64,000 nucleotides of DNA, from contig NIVC01002222.1 in assembly GCA_002269645.1 (NCBI GenBank), positions 104,539-168,538 of the forward strand, read 5' to 3'. A model generated the notes under the pieces. It made no database searches and was not told the DNA's origin. It was given only the letters and a program-made list of their open reading frames with translations. The first letter of the stretch is position 1. Every line of letters begins with the position of its first letter. Source of the DNA: Macrostomum lignano. Its lineage: Eukaryota. Made by a program: the position numbers and the translations under genes. Below are positions 13,654-25,700 of the stretch, piece by piece.

Positions 13654-13715
<62 letters not shown>

Positions 13716-16700
13716 TTTCCTATTTTTGACAGGAATCATTCCATTAAGTAAAGCCTCTGCCTACCATATACCATTCATTCAGGAATCTATTACACATCTT
13801 CAGTAGTAATTTGTTACGCCTAACTCAGACCTGGTCTGGCGCCTCTCTTCCACCTGGTCTGGTGACTCCATTACAGCAGGTCTGGTGCCTCTCTTACACC
13901 TGGTCTGGTGACTCCATTACAGCAGGTCTGGTGCCTCTCTTACACCTGGTCTGGTGACTCCATTACAGCAGGTCTGGCGCCTCTCTTACACCTGTTCTGG
14001 CGACTCCATTACAGCAGGTCTGGCGCCTCTCTTACACCTGTTCTGGCGACTCCATTACAGCAGGTCTGGCGCCTCTCTTACACCTGGTCTGGCGACTCCA
14101 TTACAGCAGGTCTGGCGCCTCTCTTACACCTGGTCTGGTGACTCCATTACAGCAGGTCTGGCGCCTCTCTTACACCTGGTCTGGCGACTCCATTACAGCA
14201 GGTCTGGCGCCTCTCTTACACCTGGTCTGGTGACTCCATTACAGCAGGTCTGGCGCCTCTCTTACACCTGTTCTGGCGCCTCTCTTACACCTGGTCTGGC
14301 GACTTCATTACAGCAGGTCTGGCGCCTCTCTTACACCTGTTCTGGCGACTCCATTACAGCAGGTCTGGCGCCTCTCTTACACCTGTTCTGGCGACTCCAT
14401 TACAGCAGGTCTGGCGCCTCTCTTACACCTGGTCTGGCGACTCCATTACAGCAGGTCTGGCGCCTCTCTTACACCTGGTCTGGTGACTCCATTACAGCAG
14501 GTCTGGCGCCTCTCTTACACCTGGTCTGGCGACTCCATTACAGCAGGTCTGGCGCCTCTCTTACACCTGGTCTGGTGACTCCATTACAGCAGGTCTGGCG
14601 CCTCTCTTACACCTGTTCTGGCGCCTCTCTTACACCTGGTCTGGCGACTTCATTACAGCAGGTCTAGCGCCTCTCTTACACCTGGTCTGGCACCTCCCTT
14701 ACACCTGGTCTGGCGCCTCTCTTACACCTACCTGTTCTGGCGCCTCTCTTACACCTACCTGTTCTGGCGCCTCTCTTACACCTGGTTTGGCGCCTCTCTT
14801 ACACCTGTTCTGGCGCCTCTCTTACACCTGGTCTGGCGACTTCATTACAGCAGGTCTGGCGCCTCTCTTACTCTTGGTCTGGCGCCTCTCTTACACCTGG
14901 TCTGGCGCCTCTCTTACACCTGGTCTGGCGCCTCTCTTACACCTGTTCTGGCGCCTCTCTTACACCTGTTCTGGCGCCTCTCTTACACCTGGTCTGGCGC
15001 CTCTCTTACACCTACCTGGTCTGGCGCTCTCTTACACCTGGTCTGGCGCCTCTCTTACACCTACCTGGTCTGGCGCTCTCTTACACCTGGTCTGGCGCCT
15101 CTCTTACACCTACCTGTTCTGGCGCTCTCTTACACCTGATCTGGCGCCTCTCTTACACCTACCTAATCTGGCGCCTCTCTTACACCTACCTGTTCTGGCG
15201 CCTCTCTTACACCTGGTTTGGCGCCTCTCTTACACCTGTTCTGGCGCCTCTCTTACACCTGGTCTGGCGACTTCATTACAGCAGGTCTGGCGCCTCTCTT
15301 ACTCTTGGTCTGGCGCCTCTCTTACACCTGGTCTGGCGCCTCTCTTACACCTGGTCTGGCGCCTCTCTTACACCTAATCTGGCGCCTCTCTTACACCTAC
15401 CTGGTCTGGCGCCTCTCTTACACCTGGTCTGGCGCCTCTCTTACACCTACCTGGTCTGGCGCTCTCTTACACCTGGTCTGGCGCCTCTCTTACACCTACC
15501 TGTTCTGGCGCTCTCTTACACCTGATCTGGCGCCTCTCTTACACCTACCTGTTCTGGCGCCTCTCTTACACCTGGTCTGGCGCCTCTCTTACACCTACCT
15601 GTTCTGGCGCCTCTCTTACACCTGGTCTGGTGCCTCTCTTACAGCAGGTCTGGCGCCTCCTTTAAAGCTGGGTTGGTCAGAAGGTCCAAAAGGTTGGAGC
15701 ATAGTTAAATCTGCATTGACAATCTTCCATAATGGCTTAGATAGAGTACATTGGGAGATAAGATGATGCTGGCCGAGTGCCAAGGCGACTCACGAACTAA
15801 TCGTCGACCGCTACTCAGTGACTGGCCGCTGCTGAGCCGCTTAAACCACGAGATGCTGGGCGGCGGGCTGCCGTCCGCTGCGCAGCGCAGAGTCAGCTGC
15901 TGACCCTCGACAACCAGCACCTTCAGCGGCGAGGAGTCGGCGGCGCGAATGCGGGGCGGAACTGCGGGAGGGTGAGTAGACTGTGAGAATTGGTGTGAGT
16001 AGAGTTTGAGAATTGGTGTGAGTAGAGTGTGAGAATTGGTGTGAGAGAGTGAGAGAATTGGTGTGAGTAGAGTGTGAGAATTGGTGTGAGTAGAGTGTGA
16101 GAATTGGTGTGAGTAGAATGTGAGAATTGGTGTGAGTAGACTGTGAGAATTGGTGTGAGTAGAGTTTGAGAATTGGTGTGAGTAGAGTGTGAGAATTGGT
16201 GTGAGTAGAATGTGAGAATTGGTGTGAGTAGACTGTGAGAATTGGTGTGAGTAGACTGTGAGAATTGGTGTGAGTAGACTGTGAGAATTGGTGTGAGTAG
16301 AGTGTGAGAATTGGTGTGAGTAGAGTGTGAGAATTGGTGTGAGTAGAGTGTGAGAATTGGTGTGAGTAGAGTGTGAGAATTGGTGTGAGTAGAGTGTGAG
16401 AATTGGTGTGAGTAGACTGTGAGAATTGGTGTGAGTAGAGTGTGAGAATTGGTGTGAGTAGAGTGTGAGAATTGGTGTGATTAGGGGCAGAAATGTATGG
16501 ACTAATGCAACACCGTCAGGACTAGAGCAACTCGAAAACACATCATTAAGATCATTAAGACTCCAGTGTACTTTAATAGAATGTACTCTTTTGTGGCAAG
16601 TCAAATTTTAAATAATTTGGTTTCCTAGAAACCATTAAATTAGCTCTCTACTTCTATTTAAGTTTCAATCAATTTTCGAGCTCTGGATATTCAGGCCAGA

Positions 16701-19700
16701 ATCTGCTTACTAAGACAAGTAGAAGGCCAGTGCAATCAGCATGCAGCTCAACGACGGACTAAAGTGCAACTAGCAGGGCAAATTTCTCGAAGACAAGATG
16801 GCTGGAAAATTGGTAAATCAATGGCGCCACGCCGGTAACCAAGGCTTTTCTTAACTTTTTTCAATTCTCAAACACCTTCTCAAATTATGAGCTAAGAATA
16901 TGGCGAGGCCAAGTGAGGACAGGCTCAGCGCGCCCTGATCCTCCTGAGCAGGCTAATGGATACGGCGGCTGCTGGGGATCGATGGAGCTGCATAAGAGTG
17001 CTGCTCTGCCAGATAACTGTTTACAGAGCTGGCTGCCTCCGCTTGACACGCGATCTGATCACTATTGTGCTTGATATGTCGATTCCGGTTTACTGCAGGT
17101 GACTAATTAAGGATTCGGGACTAGGATTAAGGATTTGGGACTAGGAGCAAGAATTTGGGACTCATATTAAGAATTCGGGACTAGGATTAAGGATACGAGA
17201 CTAGGAACAAGGATTAAGGACTCGGGACTAGAATTAAGGATTCGGGACTAGAATTATAGATTCGGGACTAGTATTAAGGATTCGGGACAAGAATTAAGGA
17301 TTCGCGGGACTATGATTAAGGATTTGGGACTAAGATTAAGGGTTAAGGATTTGGGACTAAGATTAAGGATTAGGGATTTGGGACTAAGATTAAGGATTAA
17401 GGATTTGGGACTAAGATTAAGGATTAAGAATTTGGGATTAAGATTAAGGATTAAGGATTTGGGACTAAAATTAAGAATTAAGGATTTGGGACTAAGATTA
17501 AGGATTAAGGATTTGAGACTAAGATTAAGGATTAAGGATTTGGGATTAAGATTAAGGATTAAGGATTTGGGACTAAGATTAAGAATTAAGGATTTGGGAC
17601 TAAGATTAAGGATTAAGGATTTGGGACTAAAATTAAGAATTAAGGATTTGGGACTAAGATTAAGGATTAAGGATTTGAGACTAAGATTAAGGATTAAGGA
17701 TTTGGGATTAAGATTAAGGATTAAGGATTTGGGACTAAGATTAAGAATTAAGGATTTGGGACTAAGATTAAGGATTAAGGATTTGGGACTAAAATTAAGA
17801 ATTAAGGATTTGGGACTAAGATTAAGGATTAAGGATTTGAGACTAAGATTAAGGATTAAGGATTTGGGACTAAGATTAAGGATTAAGGATTTGGGACTAA
17901 GATTAAGGATTAAGGATTTGGGATTAAGATTAAGGATTCAGGACTTCAGGTAATGACTCCAATCATCCCTTTGCCTGACCTTTCACCTCCAGCTCCGCCC
18001 TTCGCACGTGGTAGCCGCTGCCGGAGCTGGCCACGCAGGAGTACAGGCCCCGGTCGGCCAGCTGCACCGCCCCGATCGTCAGGTCGAAGTTGAGCGATTC
18101 GCCGGCGTCCTTGGCGGGAAGCGGCGAAACTTGGATTCGAGGGTCGACCAGCGAGTTGCGATTGAAGGTCAGCGTCTGGGAGTTGCGCATCCAGATCACC
18201 TGCTCCGGGTTCGGGGGTTCTGCAGTCAATTCTATTCTATTCTATTCTATTCTATTCTATTCCATTCCATTCCATTCTATTCCATTCCATTCCATTATAT
18301 TCTATTCTATTCTATTCCATTCCATTCCATTCTATTCCATTCCATTCCATTATATTCTATTCTATTTTATTCCATTCCATTCCATTCCATTCCATTCTAT
18401 TCCATTCCATTCCATTATATTCTATTCTATTCTATTCCATTCCATTCCATTCTATTCTATTCTATTCTATTCTATTCTATTCTATTCTATTCTATTCTAT
18501 TCTATTCTATTCTATTCTATTCCATTCCATTCCATTCCATTCTATTCCATTCCATTCCATTCCATTCTATTCCATTCCATTCCATTCCATTATATTATAT
18601 TCTATTCTATTCTATTCTATTCCATTCCATTCCATTCCATTCCATTCCATTCCATTTTATTCTATTCTATTCTATTCTATTCTATTCCATTCCATTCCAT
18701 TCCATTCTATTCTATTCTATTCTATTCTATTCTATTCTATTCTATTCTATTCTATTCTATTCTATTCTATTCTATTCTATTCTATTCTATTCTATTCCAT
18801 TCTGTTAGATGTATTAATTTGATATAGACTTTTATCTATGGCATGACCGCCACTAGCATTACAGTACAACTTGAATGAGCGGTGCCTCGTTCTAAGGCCA
18901 CAATAAATAAAAGTGATAGTGAGAGCTGCTCAACTGGAGCACTTAAGAAATTACCGAGTTAGCTATAGGCTACATCAAAATTGGTGTTATAGTGCCTGTG
19001 CCTTCAGAATCAACACTGGTGACGAGGATGGCGACGATTCTAATCGAACCCCTGGAGACAGACGTGCCTGCCGAGGTCAGCAGATGGCTACAGTGATTCG
19101 AGGCCATAGCCAAAGTTAACAGGTGGAACGACGACGTGCTGAAGTACGCGTTTATAGCACAACTGGGGAAGAAGGCGTTCAACCTTCTGGCTGACGCTGT
19201 ACTGCCAGCAAAGCCAGAGGAAAAGACCTTCGATCAGCTGAAGACGCTACTAACAAACGAAACGAAAGCATCGAAGTCGGGACTGGCCTATAGATACGCT
19301 TTCCACCACATGAAGCAGGAAAGCGGAGAAGACACGTCGGCCAATGCTAGGAGACTTCGACAAGCCGCGGACAACTGTGAATTCACGGACCTAAACGACA
19401 GGTTGCGCGACCAGTTTGTGTTTGGCTTGTCCAACAAAGACATCGTGAGGAAACTGCTAACTGAAAAACTCGCAGACCTCACCTGGGAGAGGGTGACGTC
19501 CGTGGCAAGCGCATGCGAAGCCGTAGCGCGAGGCGAAAAACAGATGAGCAGCAGCGAAATCTTATCGGTCAAGAGGACGGATCGACCGCGTTTGCCAGAG
19601 ACTCGACAGAACGATCGCAAAGCGTGGCAGCCAACCGGGTACGGCAAGTGGAATCAACAGAGCCATCGCGACCAAACAAAATGTTTCTGCTGTGGCAAGG

Positions 19701-22700
19701 ATGGACACCGCAAGGAAGTCTGCCAGCACCGTTCTAAGACCTGCCTGAATTGCGGAAAGACTGGTCACCTGAAAGCTGTGTGTAAGTCTAATCCATCAAG
19801 ACCTGCTTAAGGGTCAAGACAGACTGTCAAGGTGAGAGCGATCGAACCGCAGAAAGATTCTTCAGGACCTGTAGAAGCACAGGACAGCATCTTCTCCGTA
19901 AATGGCAGCTGTGAGGAGCCCAGCAGGCGCAGGATAACAAGGCTTCTGCTGGTCAATGGGGCCAATCTTCATATGATTATGGACACTGGATCCGTCTCAT
20001 CATTTGTATCGCTAAAGGTGTATCAAGGCCTTCCGTTGAAATCCAATTTAAGACCGACAGCCCGACGATTTACAGCATACCAAGGAGATCCGGTGCGTGT
20101 TTTAGGAGAAGTTACTGTCAGAGTAGAGCGTGGCGGCGCAGTAGCAAACCTGGCATTGTTTGTCGTTGACCACAGAGATGTGGAGCCCATATATGGTTTG
20201 GACTGGATTGCAGAGCTGGAGCCGGAGCTTTATGTCGCCATAACCCAAGGTGGTAATGCTGACACTACTGAAGAACGGCAATCAAGTCGCATGTCTCCAG
20301 TCGACACCGTGAAGGTGTCACTATCGATCAGGCCAGGCGCAAAACCTGTTTTCTGCAAGCCAAGACCGATTCCCTATGGTATTCAAGAAGACGTAAAGAA
20401 CGAGCTACGAAGAATGGAATCTGAAGGACAGTTAGAGAAAGTGCAATCAAGCGAATGGGCCACGCCTATAGTGTGTGTCAGAAAGCAATCTGGTAGTATC
20501 AGGATTTGTGGCGACTATAAGATAACACTGAACCCAGTCTTGGAAGACATGGTGTCTACGACGCCATCAATTGATGAAGTGATGTCCAGATTGGGTCGAG
20601 CCCGGAAATTCTCCACGCTAGATCTCACAAACGCATACTTGCAGGTATCAGTCGACGCCGAGACAAGTCAGATGCAAACTTGGAGCACACCCTTCGGCCT
20701 GTTTCGTCCAACCGCACTGGCTTTTGGGGTAAAACAAGCACCCGCTATCTTCCAGTCACATATGGATAAACTCCTGCTAAACCTCGACGGCGTGATATCC
20801 TACCAGGACGATATCCTCATCTGGGGCCAAGGTCAGACTGATCATGACAAAAGGCTCAACACTGTAATGAAGATCCTGGAAAACAATGGACTTCGCATAA
20901 ATGCTGACAAGTCTGTACTAAACAAGTCGTCAATACGATTTTTGGGCTACGAGATCAGTGCTGATGGAATTCGCCCTCTAAAGGAGAAAGTGGAAGCCAT
21001 TGCCGGATTAAAAGAGCCAAGCGACCTCAAACAACTACAGGCGTTCTTGGGAATGGTCGATTTCTATGGACGATGCATTCCTAACTTGGCTACGTTGAAA
21101 GAGTCATTGACCAATCTAACCAGGTCAGGTGTGCGATGGACCTGGGGAAGGCAAGAACAGAAGGCATTTAACACAATCAAGGAAAGATTGCTCAACGCCG
21201 GACTTCTAAAGTCATTCGATCCAGCTGACAATATTATACTTACGACCGATGCATCACCGGTGGGACTGGGAGCCGTGTTGGAGCAGTCGTCCGGTCCTGT
21301 TCTATTTATCTCCAAGACGTTGACACAGGCTGAGAGAAATTATGCACAGATCGAAAGAGAGGCGCTAGCCATAGTCTGGGCGGTTAAAAGCCTCCACAAA
21401 TATCTGCTAGGACGCAAGTTCGTGCTCAGGACGGACCATCACCCACTGAAATTTTTGTTCAACCCTGGAAAGGCCTTGTCTACGGTTGCTGCTGCTAGGC
21501 TACAGCGATGGGCGATCACACTCATGGAGTATGATTACGTCATCGAGTGTAAGCGTTCCGAGGAGATCCCTATCTCGATTGAATAATAGTGCCGCGGAGA
21601 GCGAGCAATTCGACGTCAACTCGATTCAGGACAGTCTACTCGATATACCAGTTGACAAGCAGCGGCTTAGGCGCACTTCAATGCTTGATCAGGAGATGCG
21701 ACGGCTGTTTGCGCTCGTCAAGCATGGCTGGACAGCCCAAGGAATCAAGGAGCTACCAACATACGCTCGAACTCGTGACGAACTGGTGATCGAGAACGGT
21801 CTTCTTTACAGAGGAATACGCCTGCTGATCCCGCAGCAGGAGCGACAAAGAGTTCTTCAACTATTGCACGACGGCCACTTAGGCACGGACAAGATGAAAT
21901 CCATCGCCAGACAATGCGTATGGTGGCCAGGAATAGACGCTGATGTCACTAGGCATACCAAGCAATGCGTCGCTTGCCAGACAAATAAAGACCATGGAGC
22001 ATCAATCCAATGGGCATCTTGGCCAGAGGAAAGCGAAAAGTGGTGCCGTGTGCACGCAGACTACGCTGGACCGTTTAAGGGCAACAAGTACCTGCTCGTA
22101 ATAGTCGATGCCTACAGCAAATGGGCAGAAGTACATGTTACGCAGTCAACCACATCGGCAGAGACTATCCGACGTTTCCGAAGAACGTTCTCGCAAGAAG
22201 GTGTTCCCGCAACATTGGTTACTGACAATGGTCCACAATTCACTTCAGTGGAGATGGAGGGCTGGCTCAAAGGAAACGGATGCAGACACGTGCTCACGCC
22301 TCCGTACCACCCACGATCAAACGGCCTTGCCGAAAGGTTTGTGAGAGACCTGAAGAACCATGTGGCGGCATCAGGAGGCGAAGACGATCTACAAACCAGT
22401 GTCGACCGCTTCCTTCTACAGTACAGGAACTCCCGTCACTCCGCGACAGGAAGGGCACCTGCAGAGTTAATGCGAGGACATCTGCTTCGGACGGCAACGT
22501 TGACCTTGGCCAAAGAACCGGTGTGGGTAAAGACCTACAGGAACGAAACCGAGAAATGGAAGCCCGGTGAAATCGTTGCTAGAGAAGGTAAGAAAATTGT
22601 GGGCGTACAATTGGAAGACGGAAAACACAGCCGATATCATCTGGAGCAGACAAAGCCAAGGATTCCCGTTGAAACTAGCGAGCCTCAGGAGAGGTCACAG

Positions 22701-25700
22701 CAAGGTGTTGCTGACCAGAACACAAGTAACCCGACAGAAGAGCCTGGACAACCTGAAAGAGGTCATCGCTGCCAGCGCACGCGGAAGGCACCCGACAGAT
22801 TGAACTACTCAACTTTAGGAAGCCCGGATTGCATGTGAACTGGAGTGAACTCGGACAGTTGCAGAAACTATCGGGAAGGAGTGTTAGATGTATTAATTTG
22901 ATATAGACTTTTATCTATGGCATGACCGCCACTAGCATTACAGTACAACTTGAATGAGCGGTGCCTCGTTCTAAGGCCACAATAAATAAAAGTGATAGTG
23001 AGAGCTGCTCAACTGGAGCACTTAAGAAATTACCGAGTTAGCTATAGGCTACATCAAAATTGGTGTTATAGTGCCTGTGCCTTCAGAATCAACACATTCC
23101 ATTCCATTCTATTCCGTACCATTGCATTCCATTCCATACCATTCCATTCCATTCCATTCCATTCCATTCCATTCCATTCCATTCCATTCCATTCCATTCC
23201 ATTCCATTCCATTCCATTCCATTCTATTCTATTCTATTCTATTCTATTCTATTCTATTCTATTCTATTCTATTGCCATTCTATTTCTATTCTATTCTATT
23301 TTATTCTATTGCCATTCTATTTCTATTCTATTCTATTCTATTCTATTCTATTCTATTCTATTCTATTCTATTCTATTCTATTCCATTCCATTCCATTCCA
23401 TTCCATTCTATTCTATTCTATTCTATTCTATTCTATTCTATTGCCATTCTATTTCTATTCTATTATATTTTATTCTATTGCCATTCTATTTCTATTCTAT
23501 TCTATTCTATTCTATTCTATTCTATTCTATTCTATTCTATTCCATTCTATTCTATTCTATTCTATTCTATTCCATTCCATTCCATTCCATTATATTCTAT
23601 TTCATTCTATTTTATTCCATTCCATTCTATTCTATTCTATTCGATTATATTCTATTACATTCCATTCCATTCCATTCTATTCTATTCTATTCTATTCTAT
23701 TCTATTCTATTCTATTCTATTCTATTCTATTCTATTCCATTCCATTCCATTCTATTCTATTCCATTCTATTCTATTATATTCTATTCCATTCTATTCTAT
23801 TCTATTCTATTCTATTCTATTCTATTCTATTCTATTCTATTCTATTCTATTCTATTTATATTCTAATCTATTCTATTCTATTCTATTCTATTCTATTCTA
23901 TTCTATTCTATTCTATTCTATTCTATTCTATTCTATTCTATTCTATTCTATTCTATTCTATTCTATTCTATTCTATTCTATTCTATTCTATTCTATTCTA
24001 TTCTATTCTATTCTATTCTATTCTATTCATATTCTAATCTATTCTATTCTATTCTATTCTATTTTTTTCATTCTATTCCATTCTATCTTTTCTATTTCTA
24101 TTCTATCCCTTCCTATTCTACCCTACTCTACCCCATCCCACTCAAGCCGCACTCACCCGCAGCCGGTCGCTCGAGTCGCCCAGCTGCAGGCCCGAAAAGT
24201 CGCACGGCAGGCTGGCATTCGAGCCAATGACGGCGCGAACCACGGCGGGCTTCGAGTCCGCGGAAGGCGCCATCTGTGAGAGCGGCTGCCCCTGCTGCCA
24301 CCCGCTGGCTGAAAATTGCAAGGCGGGTGATTTTTGGAGATGCTGCATGAAATTTCGATGTCGTAGCGTTATTCAACTCCTGTTCAAAACTTCCATCACT
24401 ATTGACTGAATTTCACACCTCATCTCTGTATCCGCACAAAAATTTCGTTTCTCTCCTCATCTGATTTCCTAACTCTCTCCTCTCCTTTATCTCGCTGCAA
24501 AATCAAGGTGACTTGGATACAGGGTTAGTACAGCAGCCCTGACTTTCTATTGTAATAGTCTGGCATGCGCACTCCCTGTGCCTTGGGGGCTGGGCCTCAT
24601 AGGCCAGAATCGCACGACAAGCCCCAGGATCACGAGGCCAAAATGAATGCGGTCGCGCACGAGAATCGAACCCGGTACTTTGACGCCAGAGTCAGGCGCG
24701 GTACCGCTGAGCTGCCCAGCCCCTTCTCTCTACTCTCCCTCTCCTCTCTCTCCTCTCTCTGCTCTCTCCTCTCTCCTCCCCTCTCTCCTCTCTACTCTCT
24801 CTCTCCTCTCCTCACTCTCCTCTCTCTCCTCTATCTCCTCTCCTCCCCTCTTTTCTTTCAAGAGAGGAAGAGAGGATGTCACTTTGGAAGGCGCGATACA
24901 AGAAGGTTTGCTGTCTGAGTCGATTAGGATGGCAACAAGCAAGCCGGATACAATCGCGGCGGTGCAGAAGAAGAGTCATTCCGGATGGGTGAGACCAGAG
25001 AAGACGCCTGCCCACAAGCAGCAGCACAGTTTGGACAACCGCAAAGGACCGACAAAGCCTCGTGAAACTGGTCACTGCCACACATGCGGAAAAGCAGGAC
25101 ACGTCAGGTCAAAGTGCCGATTTCGGGATGCGCAGTGCCGAAAGTGTGGGAAGGTTGGACACCTGGCAGCAGTTTGTCGCTCCAAGACCGTTAATGCTCT
25201 GCAGAACGTGTGCCGATCAGAGGATTCTAGCCATGGACATGTGGGAGCAATCTACGCGCCAACTGACATCGGAGATCGTCATTCAACGGATCAGTGGTTT
25301 GTTACATGCAAGATCGGAGACGCGAGTGCTAAGATGTTGGTAGATACAGGCAGTCAAGTTACCATCATACCCAAGCATGTTGCTGATAGTTCCCATCTGA
25401 AAGTCGAACCGGTTACTAAAGCGCTCAAGTCGTACGGCGGTTTCCAGCCAGAAATATACTCAGTCATTCAGGATGCCATGATTACTCTGTCCGATGGAAG
25501 ATCTGCCACTGGAAAAGTGTATGTAGGCAGCGATTTATTGGCTATACTGGGAATGGATTCCCTATCGCGCCTGGACATACTACACATCGACGGAAGCATT
25601 TCAGAAGATCTTCTTTGCATTCCAGTGGTGCGTGATGCAAATTCGAGATTTCTCGCAAGTTTCCGCCTCCGCTCAGATGCTAATCGATGCCGATCGCTAC

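Noticed and set aside
13830-15660. CRISPR-like appearance of regularly spaced repeats here and in other arrays
   Set aside because: There are no unique spacers and no cas genes, and the context is spliced eukaryotic genes.
22992-24279. Long FYSIL-repeat ORFs, and similar IKDLGLRLR, VSGSSQVMRI and MYDLILIIS ORFs elsewhere
   Set aside because: They are translations of tandem DNA repeats with no supporting gene structure.
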